Below are positions 1 through 8,402 of a stretch of 64,000 nucleotides of DNA, piece by piece. The stretch lies in contig JABCPE020000007.1 of assembly GCA_013333255.2 (NCBI GenBank), forward strand, positions 137,300 through 201,299. Reading direction: 5' to 3'. The first letter of the stretch is position 1. The number at the start of each line of letters is the position of its first letter. This stretch comes from Flavobacteriaceae bacterium (GTDB taxonomy: Bacteria; Bacteroidota; Bacteroidia; Flavobacteriales; Weeksellaceae). The translations under genes were made by a program, and so were the position numbers. The notes below the pieces were generated by a model. That model was not told where the DNA came from. It did no database searches and saw only the letters and a list, made by a program, of their open reading frames with translations.

Positions 1-62
1 ATTTTGAACGCACTGTGTTCATAATTATAACAAACACAATATTAATTGGTTAATATCAACAA

Positions 63-766
63 ATGACAATCATAGAAACTCCCGAAATTATAGAAAAATG
101 TAAAGCCTATGAGCGGGAAGGCGGTGTGATAGACTTTCGTATCTTTCAGTTGGATACGGAGCAGGAGGATACGCCTTATCAGAAGCATTTGGCTGTAGCC
201 CAGCAGACCCTCATTTCGGTAGCAGAAGAAGCAAATACGCGTCTAGACCGTATGGCGGCTAAACTGAAAATGAATCGCAGGGAGCTTTTTACGATGGATT
301 ATGATTTTAACATTCTTAAAGACTCTGGCAAAGAGATTTCTGTCCAAGACTTTATGGGCTGGCAATATGAAGAAGTAAGCGGAAGGGTAAAAATACTCAG
401 TTATGATTTGCTTAACCCTAAAACTAAAGGCTATGACCTATATTTCTATTACAATGACAAAGAAGTGATTGAAAATGCACTCTCTATTACTCAAGAAGAT
501 AAGGGGCAAATAGGTTTTGTGTATGCCTTTTTAGATCCTCCTTATTCATTTATGTGTGGAAAAACTATTTTTGAAAAAGGAAACTTCTTTTTAGATTTTT
601 GTAGGTTGCTTTTTACTGATATTTCTCAAATAGAAGTCTATAGTGGAGTACTGATAGCTCCAATTACTTTGATGTGGGAAAAGACTGGTGGGGGAGCTTC
701 TTTTGGACGGTATATAATCCCTATTGGGATAGATATATAGGAATTCTTGCTTCTACAACAGACTGA
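63..766 (+). pseudogene. Hypothetical cytoplasmic protein with an apparent 1-nt frameshift. The ORF-track frame is 63..740; the conserved-looking C-terminus continues in another frame at 644..766.
   Basis: In the track frame, codons 639-650 read tat agt gga gta (Y S G V). One frame over, 644..766 is open and reads WSTDSSNYFDVGKDWWGSFFWTVYNPYWDRYIGILASTTD*. Only 2 nt (ag, 642-643) lie between the Tyr codon and TGG at 644, so one base is missing. Confidence 0.5.
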
Positions 767-806
767 CAAAAAGGAACAACTAATAGTAAACAATAATATA
801 TAAAAT

Positions 807-1307
807 ATGAAAAATATAACAGAATTATTAGAATTATTGCGCTCTGACTTGAATCAATACAATTCTCTTGTAGAGGAAGATATCTTAAAGCTCCTACAGA
901 ACAAAGGAGCCTACTTTCTCTTTGAATATGATTATGAATGGCTTGAAATTTCTGCTTGGGCGATGAATAAAGAAGGGGACTACATAAGTCAGCGTATTGA
1001 TATTCCTTCCCAAAAGAAAGAAAAATACTTCCCTTCAGATATTTTTATGGATAAAGATATTCATTTGGAAGATGAATTGTATGACCAAGAGGTAGAAGAA
1101 GACGAGATAGATGATTACTTAGATGAATATGCTCAGAAGAAAGAGGATATTATCTCTAAATGGTTTCAACAAAGGTGGGAAAATGCGCTAAAAAATGCCC
1201 ATATACAAGCCGATGGCTACTTTTCGCCTCACGATTCTTATTTTTATACTGATTTGAACACTGGAAAACAAATCAATGAGGATCAAATAAAAGCAAAATA
1301 TCAATAA
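807..1307 (+). CDS. Hypothetical acidic protein (166 aa) with no signal peptide
   Basis: Long ORF tightly packed with same-strand neighbours. D/E-rich central segment (EDELYDQEVEEDEIDDYLDEY). No motif recognised. Confidence 0.55.
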   Translation: MKNITELLELLRSDLNQYNSLVEEDILKLLQNKGAYFLFEYDYEWLEISAWAMNKEGDYISQRIDIPSQKKEKYFPSDIFMDKDIHLEDELYDQEVEEDEIDDYLDEYAQKKEDIISKWFQQRWENALKNAHIQADGYFSPHDSYFYTDLNTGKQINEDQIKAKYQ

Positions 1308-1319
1308 AGTATCCAACAA

Positions 1320-1934
1320 ATGAAAACAGATACACAAATTAAATTCGATACGATTGTAAAAGAAAGTTTTACGCCTCTATTGAAGCCACTTTCCTTTAAA
1401 AAGAAAGCCTTGAACTATTATCGTCAGCTTTCCGAAGTGGGGCATATTATCAATATACAGAAAAGCATCTATAGCCATAGAAATCATATTAAGTTTCGCA
1501 TCAATATAGGGATTTTTGAGCCTAAATTTTGGTCAGTTAGCCATACAGGACAAGTCCCTGATTACCCTACAGAACCTGTCTGTCTTATCCGTAAAACTAT
1601 TAACGATTTACGAGGAAGAAAAGACCTATGGTACGAGATTCACAACTATACTGATGAACAAAAACTCATCAAAGAAGTGCAGGAAGATATACAAAATTAT
1701 ATCTTGCCTTTCTTTGACCAGCTTGATTCGGTAGAAAAAATCCTTTCAGCATTAGAAAAGGATTCTAATCTCTTAGGTATTACCTTTGACCTCCTTATTT
1801 TCTATGCAGAACATGGGAAAACCGAAAAAGCCCAAGCGGTATATAGCCAGCTTTTACAAAAAGTAAATCCCTTGGCTAAGCCTACTCTAGAAGGATATGC
1901 TAAAAAATATGGTCTAAAAAAAAATAATGAATAA
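1320..1934 (+). CDS. DUF4304-like protein (204 aa)
   Basis: The N-terminus FDTIVKESFTPLLKPLSFKKKALNYYRQLSEVGHIINIQKS...KFRINIGIF matches my recollection of the DUF4304 pattern. Starts 12 nt after the upstream gene. Confidence 0.55.
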   Translation: MKTDTQIKFDTIVKESFTPLLKPLSFKKKALNYYRQLSEVGHIINIQKSIYSHRNHIKFRINIGIFEPKFWSVSHTGQVPDYPTEPVCLIRKTINDLRGRKDLWYEIHNYTDEQKLIKEVQEDIQNYILPFFDQLDSVEKILSALEKDSNLLGITFDLLIFYAEHGKTEKAQAVYSQLLQKVNPLAKPTLEGYAKKYGLKKNNE

Positions 1935-1995
1935 TATGCGTCTTACAACTATTGGTATTTCGCCTGTATGATGGAGTGCATAATTAAAATAAAAT

Positions 1996-2274
1996 ATGAA
2001 AAAAGAAAAACCTAAAAACCTTACAGAATGTATCCAAATGCTGGATAAGAACCTCAAAACGGAGGATAAGGACTACATAAAAACGCTTACAGAAGATGAA
2101 TTCTTTATGGAAAGTCATTTTACGATAGGAATGGGCATCCGCAATGAGTGGATTCGCAGTGGAAATCCTGAGCTTGTTACATTCTTTTTAGACCAAGGCA
2201 TCAAACACCCTGATGATATGTCTGCTACGATACTCACAAGCTATTATAGACATCTAACAAATTCTAATGTTTAA
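1996..2274 (+). CDS. Small protein (92 aa), DUF6794-like
   Basis: The pattern HFTIGMGIRNEWI...GIKHPDDMSATILTSYYRHL resembles the DUF6794 signature as I recall it. Not verified. Confidence 0.45.
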   Translation: MKKEKPKNLTECIQMLDKNLKTEDKDYIKTLTEDEFFMESHFTIGMGIRNEWIRSGNPELVTFFLDQGIKHPDDMSATILTSYYRHLTNSNV

Positions 2275-2280
2275 TGAACA

Positions 2281-3009
2281 ATGGCAAATAATAAATACGA
2301 CCAAATAATGACTGATAGAGGGGGGTATGCTCGTGTGAGAATAGGCGATAAATGGGGAGCTATCAATGCGCAAGGAGAAGAAATTATTCCCGTAAAATAT
2401 GACGAGATGTTTCCTATCTGTTGTGAAAGAGCCAATGTGAGGATAGGTAACTACTGGGGTTATGTAAATACAAAAGGCGAAGAACTCACGCCTTTAAAAT
2501 ACGATTATGCTTCTAACTTCTATGAGGGTTTTGCCGATGTGCGCATTGATGGCAAGTGGGGGATTGTGAATATCGCTTGCCAAGAGATTACTCCTATCAA
2601 ATACAGTGATATAGGCGATTTTTCAGAGGGAGTGGTAGCCGTACAGATAGGGAACAAAAGAGGCTTTGTAACCGATATGGGCGAGGAACTTACGCCTGTT
2701 ATTTACGATGAAGTAGAGTTTTTTGAAGAGGGTAAAGCAGCAGTGGAGAAAGATGATAAATGGGGCTTTATCAACCGAAAAGGCGAACAAATAATTCCTT
2801 TTATCTATGACGATGCCTCTTATTTTACCGAAGGGCTTGCCTTGGTGAAGAAAGGCTATAAGTATGGCTATATCAATGAGAAAAACGAAATAGTGATTCC
2901 TTTCATTTATGATGATGGGAAGCTCTTTAATAATGGTAAAGCGTGGGTACAGATAGGGGATAAACAATTTGAAATTAATAAATTAGGTGAAGAAATAAAC
3001 CCTGAATGA
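2281..3009 (+). CDS. WG repeat-containing protein (KWG-type repeats, 242 aa)
   Basis: Repeated ~30-aa units of the form (D/G)KWG(A/I/F)(I/V)N..GEE(I/L)(I/T)P.KYD are visible at least six times. Confidence 0.8.
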   Translation: MANNKYDQIMTDRGGYARVRIGDKWGAINAQGEEIIPVKYDEMFPICCERANVRIGNYWGYVNTKGEELTPLKYDYASNFYEGFADVRIDGKWGIVNIACQEITPIKYSDIGDFSEGVVAVQIGNKRGFVTDMGEELTPVIYDEVEFFEEGKAAVEKDDKWGFINRKGEQIIPFIYDDASYFTEGLALVKKGYKYGYINEKNEIVIPFIYDDGKLFNNGKAWVQIGDKQFEINKLGEEINPE

Positions 3010-3057
3010 CAGACAGATAAATCAGATATTTAAACTTTAAACCAAAAACTACTTTAA

Positions 3058-3915
3058 ATGCTAATTACTGATTATACCAAAAATTCAAAGAACCCGTTGT
3101 TGCCTGAGGCTTTTCAGTTTTTAAAAAGAAAAGACATCTTTGCTATCAACTATGAACATGAGCAAATAGGCATATGCAATGAGTCAGAAGGCTTTCAGCT
3201 CTACACTTTTGAAAAAGAACTGCTTTGGGAAATAGATAAGCCTATATGCAGCGCATTATTAGCGATAGAACGCCAACAAATTTGGCTTACCCAGCGCCAC
3301 GATGCCAAGCACATCACCGTATGGGTGTATGACCTGCAAGGAAATGCATTGGCTTCTATGTCTATGGACGACGAAATCTACGATGCTAATATAGAGCTGA
3401 AAACATTGCCTAATAACAAAGTGGTTATCACTTTCTATGGCGGACAAGATGGTTGTATGAGCTATTTGCTATCTTTTGAAAACGAAAAACTAAAAGTAGC
3501 CAAACAATTGCCTAATGATGTAGATTTCTGCTGTATGCTCAGTGAAAAAGAAGCTGTATTCACCAATTTCTACGAGGCAGAGCTTTATGTAATGAGTTAT
3601 CCATCGCTAAAAACACTCAAAAAACACCATTTCTCCAAGGATTGGGGAGCCGTAGCACAACCTTTCAAAGGTGACAAAATACTGATTACCGATATGTATT
3701 GCAATCGGCATTACATTTTTGATGTCAGTACCCTCACAGTGGAAGACGAAATCATTTTCAAAGGTTTTGAACCTTATCAAGATGAGGTAGAAGAGTTTTT
3801 AGTAAGTGATATAGATGAGCTCCACTACCACAATGGTCAGCTGATAGGCTCCTATATGGAAATAGACAGCCAGCATAACACCCTATTCCACTGGCTCATC
3901 AGCAAAGAAATATGA
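3058..3915 (+). CDS. Hypothetical protein (285 aa)
   Basis: Long ORF, same strand as and packed with the array. No signal peptide and no recognisable motif. Confidence 0.55.
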   Translation: MLITDYTKNSKNPLLPEAFQFLKRKDIFAINYEHEQIGICNESEGFQLYTFEKELLWEIDKPICSALLAIERQQIWLTQRHDAKHITVWVYDLQGNALASMSMDDEIYDANIELKTLPNNKVVITFYGGQDGCMSYLLSFENEKLKVAKQLPNDVDFCCMLSEKEAVFTNFYEAELYVMSYPSLKTLKKHHFSKDWGAVAQPFKGDKILITDMYCNRHYIFDVSTLTVEDEIIFKGFEPYQDEVEEFLVSDIDELHYHNGQLIGSYMEIDSQHNTLFHWLISKEI

Positions 3916-3936
3916 AACAATGAATGAAATAAAATC

Positions 3937-4605
3937 CTAATTTTCATTCATATATTTATTCAAAATTTCCTGTCCGCTACGGATAGAATTGACCGCCCAG
4001 CGAATTTTAGTTCTGAGCAGTTTTTCGTCTTTTAAGAAATAATCTATATCAGATTTCAGCAATTTTTGTTTGAAATCATACATACAAATCGCCGCCGCCA
4101 CAGAAACATTGAAACTCTCCGTAAAACCATACATAGGAATAGCCAGAGTTTCATCTGCGAAATCCAAAAACTCATCAGAAACGCCCTCTTTCTCCGTTCC
4201 AAAAACAAGGGCTATGGGCGATTTTATTTGATAATCTGGGAGCATCACTGCATTTTTTTCAGGCGAAACTGCCAGAATCTTATAACCTCGGTTTTTGATT
4301 TCCTGTAAAGACTCCAGCGCATTGGGCATTTTTTCAACTTCTACCCAAGTGTCCGCTCCTTTGGTCACCCTCAGGTTTGGTTCAAAAACATTTTCTTCCT
4401 CCAGAGCCACCACCTTGTGAAACCCGCACGCCTCCACCGAACGGACAATGGCAGCCGCATTCCGAAACTGATAAACATCGCCAATGACAGGCAGGACAAA
4501 ATCTGAACTTCGCTCAGAGAAATGCTCTATTTTCCTTAGGCGCTCTTCGGTGAGAAATTGTTTAAGATATTCAAAAATCTGAGGTAATTTTTCTTTTGGC
4601 AGCAT
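3937..4605 (-). CDS. TrmH/SpoU-family RNA 2'-O-methyltransferase
   Basis: SpoU-type motifs: NAAAIVRSVEACGF, ALVFGTEKEGVS, IPMYGFTESFNVSVAAAI. Confidence 0.8.
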   Translation of the reverse strand: MLPKEKLPQIFEYLKQFLTEERLRKIEHFSERSSDFVLPVIGDVYQFRNAAAIVRSVEACGFHKVVALEEENVFEPNLRVTKGADTWVEVEKMPNALESLQEIKNRGYKILAVSPEKNAVMLPDYQIKSPIALVFGTEKEGVSDEFLDFADETLAIPMYGFTESFNVSVAAAICMYDFKQKLLKSDIDYFLKDEKLLRTKIRWAVNSIRSGQEILNKYMNEN

Positions 4606-4631
4606 TTAAAATTATATTTGGCAAAGATAAA

Positions 4632-5492
4632 CTATAAAAAGGAAAGCACAAAAGAAGAAACCAGCCCCAAAGCAAGTCCTACAAACTGCAACTTGTTTAT
4701 TTTCTCTCTGTGGTAAAATATAGAAACTAATATCCCAATAATAGGCTCTATCAGCCCCATGAATGCAAAAACAATAATGCTTGTTTTAGTAATGGCAAAA
4801 TTAAGACAAAAAGTCCCTGTTGTCCCCAAAATTATTAAGAAAAAGATTTCGTTTCGGGTTTTGGCATCCACTCCCTTCCAGCTTTTATCTTTTTGGAACA
4901 AAAACAAAATCAGTGACATAGAGAACACCACAACTTCCAAAATAGAGCAAAAAAGCAAAATTCCTATTTTCTCTATAAACGGCACAAATAGCAGTCCCGT
5001 AGACCAAAACAATCTAGATAAAATGGAGTAAATCAACCCTTTAGAAATGGGCGTTTTTTCTATTTTTATGCTTTTCTCTATGAGCGTAACAGCCAGTAAA
5101 ATCGCCACACAGGCTGATGCTTTTATCATACTGATGCTTTCGCCATAAAAAAAGACACCTATCAAAATACCTATAATCAGCCCCATTTTTCCAAAGCCGA
5201 TAACATTGGAAACATAAGTGTGTTTTAGGGATTTTAAATAAAAAAACAACCCAAAATAATTGACCATACAAATTAGTACAGTGTACAAAATATCTTGGCA
5301 GGAAAACTCTTTCGCTGGAAGTACCTGAAAATAAGTAAATAACAGGTGTGAAATAAAAAAAATTACACAGCAGCCAAAACTCCTCATCAAAATCAGCGGA
5401 AGCGTCCCTACTCTATCTCTCGGCCCTTTCCACAGGCCGTTGGTAACGCCGTAGGCCATATGTCCCAAAATTATCAAAAATAAAGAAAGCAT
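4632..5492 (-). CDS. DMT/EamA-like integral membrane transporter
   Basis: 286 aa, about ten hydrophobic segments, two-halves architecture typical of EamA. Confidence 0.6.
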   Translation of the reverse strand: MLSLFLIILGHMAYGVTNGLWKGPRDRVGTLPLILMRSFGCCVIFFISHLLFTYFQVLPAKEFSCQDILYTVLICMVNYFGLFFYLKSLKHTYVSNVIGFGKMGLIIGILIGVFFYGESISMIKASACVAILLAVTLIEKSIKIEKTPISKGLIYSILSRLFWSTGLLFVPFIEKIGILLFCSILEVVVFSMSLILFLFQKDKSWKGVDAKTRNEIFFLIILGTTGTFCLNFAITKTSIIVFAFMGLIEPIIGILVSIFYHREKINKLQFVGLALGLVSSFVLSFL

Positions 5493-6658
5493 CAGTTAAA
5501 TCTATTAAAATAAGTAAATTTCATTTCCTTGATTTTGAAGTTAAAACCATCTGAAAACTTCTTTTTTTGGGGATATAGGAGTTTTCCCAAAAGATAATAT
5601 TGCAGTGCCAGATAATCCCTGATATCAAAAGGAAATTCCATGAAAGTGACATTTGAAACTTCCTGAAAAAGCTTCTCGCTCTCTTTCTTTTCGCCAAGAT
5701 GAAAAAGCGTGATGCCTTTCACGATACAGAATAGATATTTGTCCCTTTTGTAATGGTATTCTTCCTTAAATTCTTCGTAATCCTCCTTGCTGATTTCGGA
5801 AATGAACTCTTTCGCTTCGCTGTACCGCCCGATAAGATTAAGACAATCAGCAAAATAACTCGCAAAAAAGACCCTATCTCCATTTATAGTCTTTTTCCTA
5901 AAATTAGAATATTGGGTTTGAATTTCTTTCTCTAAATTCTGATGGTCATTATAGTGAAAATAATATAAAACCCTCGCCGCAGCAGCCCTAAACTCTGGAA
6001 AAACAAAAAACCATTTATATTCCTTTCTCATCAGAACCAGCTTTTTATTAATAAGTTTCAGCTGTTCCTCGATTTCTTTTTTGTCATCAAAATTCTCTGA
6101 AACGAACTTCCCAAACAGCACAAAAGACGGTGCAAAAACCTTGATATGGGAAATTTCCGTCTTCTTTCCCAAATCGGTGAGAATCTCCTGATATTCAGGG
6201 GCTGTAATCTTGCCATAGTGAGGGTGCCACGCCAGAGTGTATTCCAGCGCTACCCTATTGGTCGCAAATCTTTTGACAAATTCCTTGGTGTTTTCATTGG
6301 TTTCTAGGATTTTTTCGGCATACTTATAATTCACATCATTGAAGCCACTCTCACTCTTCAAAACACCTTTGTCTTTGACAGAATCATAAAATACCTTCAA
6401 AAAATCCTGTTTCAAAAGTGAAATATTTTTAGGTTTGCAGTAGTCATCGAAACTGCTGTATCCCATATGCTTACAAATAAGATTTAAGGTTACAGAACTA
6501 AATTTACTTTCTGCCTCCATTCTTCCTAAAAATCTACGAAGCGTACTGTTACCAATATTTATTTTTTTGGCTAACTCTTCTATATCTTTTGTTGTCTGTA
6601 TTTTAGAGTGGTATACCTTTTTAAAATCTTCTTTTAGTCTGTCTATTTCTGCATCCAT
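5492..6658 (-). CDS. Hypothetical protein with an N-terminal HTH-like segment and a helical-repeat-like C-terminal region
   Basis: IEELAKKINIGNSTLRRFLG is an Xre-like helix-turn-helix. The stop overlaps the start of the downstream transporter by 1 nt. Confidence 0.5.
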   Translation of the reverse strand: MDAEIDRLKEDFKKVYHSKIQTTKDIEELAKKINIGNSTLRRFLGRMEAESKFSSVTLNLICKHMGYSSFDDYCKPKNISLLKQDFLKVFYDSVKDKGVLKSESGFNDVNYKYAEKILETNENTKEFVKRFATNRVALEYTLAWHPHYGKITAPEYQEILTDLGKKTEISHIKVFAPSFVLFGKFVSENFDDKKEIEEQLKLINKKLVLMRKEYKWFFVFPEFRAAAARVLYYFHYNDHQNLEKEIQTQYSNFRKKTINGDRVFFASYFADCLNLIGRYSEAKEFISEISKEDYEEFKEEYHYKRDKYLFCIVKGITLFHLGEKKESEKLFQEVSNVTFMEFPFDIRDYLALQYYLLGKLLYPQKKKFSDGFNFKIKEMKFTYFNRFN

Positions 6659-6705
6659 ATTGTAGGGTTACATTTTGAACCAAAGATAAAAATTGTTTAT
6701 TCAAT

Positions 6706-6725
6706 TTGAGCAAAATTGAGCAAAA
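6706..6725. repeat. Perfect tandem direct repeat, 2 x TTGAGCAAAA
   Basis: Read directly at 6706-6715 and 6716-6725. It sits in the divergent intergenic region between the HTH gene and the YD-like gene. Confidence 0.9.
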
Positions 6726-6745
6726 TTTTAAAGGTATTTACGCTG

Positions 6746-6753
6746 TAACTTTG
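6746..6753 (+). promoter_or_regulatory. Candidate Bacteroidota -7 box (TAACTTTG)
   Basis: Matches TAnnTTTG, 31 nt upstream of the ATG at 6784. Confidence 0.35.
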
Positions 6754-6783
6754 TGAAAAATTTTAAACTTAAAAAAACATTTT

Positions 6784-7716
6784 ATGAATAAAAACGACAA
6801 GATTAAGAAAATAAAATCCATCTACAAAAAGGATTTTATAGTGGAAACAGAAAATGGAGAAGTCATAGAAATTTTGACTGATGACTATACCACCTATTAT
6901 GACCAAAATGGAAATATTTTGGAAGAAAAACATAGAAAATGGTCTGATGACCAAAGTGAATACACCACAGAAACAACAAGTTATATCTATAACAAAGAAG
7001 GAAAACTAACTGAAAAGTATGAGAGAAATGGAGATTCCCAACATCCTTTGACAGATGATTATACCTATAAAACAATATATTCCTATGATGATAAAGGGAG
7101 ACTTGTAGAAGAGGCTTCTTGTGATAAAGAAAATATTCATCCAAAAAAAGTTTCATATCAATACGATGAACGAGGAAATAAGACAGAATGCTCCATATAT
7201 GAGTACTCTAATGAATGTGGAGAGATTTTAGATGAAATGATAGAATTTGTACATCATAAAATTTGCGCCAAATATGATGAAAACAATGATATGATAGAGG
7301 AATCTCATAATATTTCTTTTCGAGAGCGTGATACTTCTATTGATTATGACCTTGGTGGAACGAAAAGGACTATAAAATATGATAACCAGCATAACAAGGT
7401 AGAAATAATAGAATACACAAAACATAATACCACAAAAGAAATATGTAAGTATGAATATAATGACAAAAAAGAAATCATCAGTGAATACAAAGAAAATTTC
7501 AATAATGATGCACTAACAAAGACATCAAATATAAAATACACCAATGGAAACATCACCGATGTGATTTTCCAAGAATATGATGAAAATGGCTCAGAAACAG
7601 ATATTTTCAATATCAAGCAGGTTTATGATAAATATGGAAATATGATACACCAAACAACCTGCGTAAATGGCGAACTCATAGGTGTGCAACGATCTGAAAT
7701 AGAATATTACAATTAA
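6784..7716 (+). CDS. YD-repeat-like protein with no signal peptide (310 aa)
   Basis: About ten Y-x-Y-D/N-x-x-G/N-like units by eye (YSYDDKGRLVEE, YQYDERGNKTE, KYDENNDMIEE, YDKYGNMIHQ and others). Ends in EIEYYN. Confidence 0.6.
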   Translation: MNKNDKIKKIKSIYKKDFIVETENGEVIEILTDDYTTYYDQNGNILEEKHRKWSDDQSEYTTETTSYIYNKEGKLTEKYERNGDSQHPLTDDYTYKTIYSYDDKGRLVEEASCDKENIHPKKVSYQYDERGNKTECSIYEYSNECGEILDEMIEFVHHKICAKYDENNDMIEESHNISFRERDTSIDYDLGGTKRTIKYDNQHNKVEIIEYTKHNTTKEICKYEYNDKKEIISEYKENFNNDALTKTSNIKYTNGNITDVIFQEYDENGSETDIFNIKQVYDKYGNMIHQTTCVNGELIGVQRSEIEYYN

Positions 7717-7729
7717 AAATTATAGAATT

Positions 7730-8353
7730 ATGTATAAAATTTACGAAGAAAAAATCAAAAACTTATTCGAGAGTCACAAATCCCAAGACCCTGAATTACA
7801 AGAAATCATCAACAGAAAATATGTTTATTCGCAGTTCCACACGGGAAGAAAAGTATTGTTTATAGGCTTAAATCCTTCCTTTAATGAAAAGCGAGCAAAA
7901 AAAGAAGAATATTATAAAAGTTTTGATGCAACTAATAACGACCACCCTTATTTCAAAAAATTCCCTATTCTTGTAGAAAACAAAAACGATTGGACTTTTC
8001 TTGATTTATTGTATATTAGAGAGACTAAGCATCAAAGTGTAAGAGATTTTTACAATAAAGAGCCTGACTTTATCAAACAACAATTGGAAATTTCAAAAGA
8101 AATCATCAAAGAAATAAATCCTGAAATTATCGTAGTCTGCGATACTTTTGCAAGAGATTTATTTAAAAGTGATACGATGAATTTTGAATTTGAGTTTGAT
8201 GACACTATAGGCACTTATAGAATTATTAATAACTCTGATTTTAAGGACACTATTGTGTTTTTCTCTGGTATGCTGACAGGACAAAGAGCATTGGACAATG
8301 GCTCTTTTGAAAGACTTAAATGGCATCTCAACAAAGTAAAATCTTTGAAATAA
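7730..8353 (+). CDS. Hypothetical protein, possibly with a uracil-DNA-glycosylase-superfamily-like fold
   Basis: The order of elements KVLFIGLNPS ... LDLLYIRET ... PEIIVVCDTFA ... IVFFSGMLTG parallels the UDG-fold strand order. The catalytic motifs are not canonical. Confidence 0.4.
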   Translation: MYKIYEEKIKNLFESHKSQDPELQEIINRKYVYSQFHTGRKVLFIGLNPSFNEKRAKKEEYYKSFDATNNDHPYFKKFPILVENKNDWTFLDLLYIRETKHQSVRDFYNKEPDFIKQQLEISKEIIKEINPEIIVVCDTFARDLFKSDTMNFEFEFDDTIGTYRIINNSDFKDTIVFFSGMLTGQRALDNGSFERLKWHLNKVKSLK

Positions 8354-8365
8354 TTAAATCCAAAC

Positions 8366-8392
8366 CCCAGCCCTCAAAAAGGCTGGGTTTTT
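8366..8392 (+). terminator. Rho-independent terminator
   Basis: Stem CCCAGCC (8366-8372) pairs with GGCTGGG (8381-8387), followed by TTTTT. Confidence 0.8.
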
Positions 8393-8402
8393 ATATAAAA
8401 TC

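Noticed and set aside
537-551. The DPPY tetrapeptide (AFLDPPYSF) in the first ORF, identical to motif IV of N6-adenine DNA methyltransferases
   Set aside because: No SAM-binding motif I (FxGxG) or other methyltransferase motifs are present, and the protein is too short. This is most likely coincidence.
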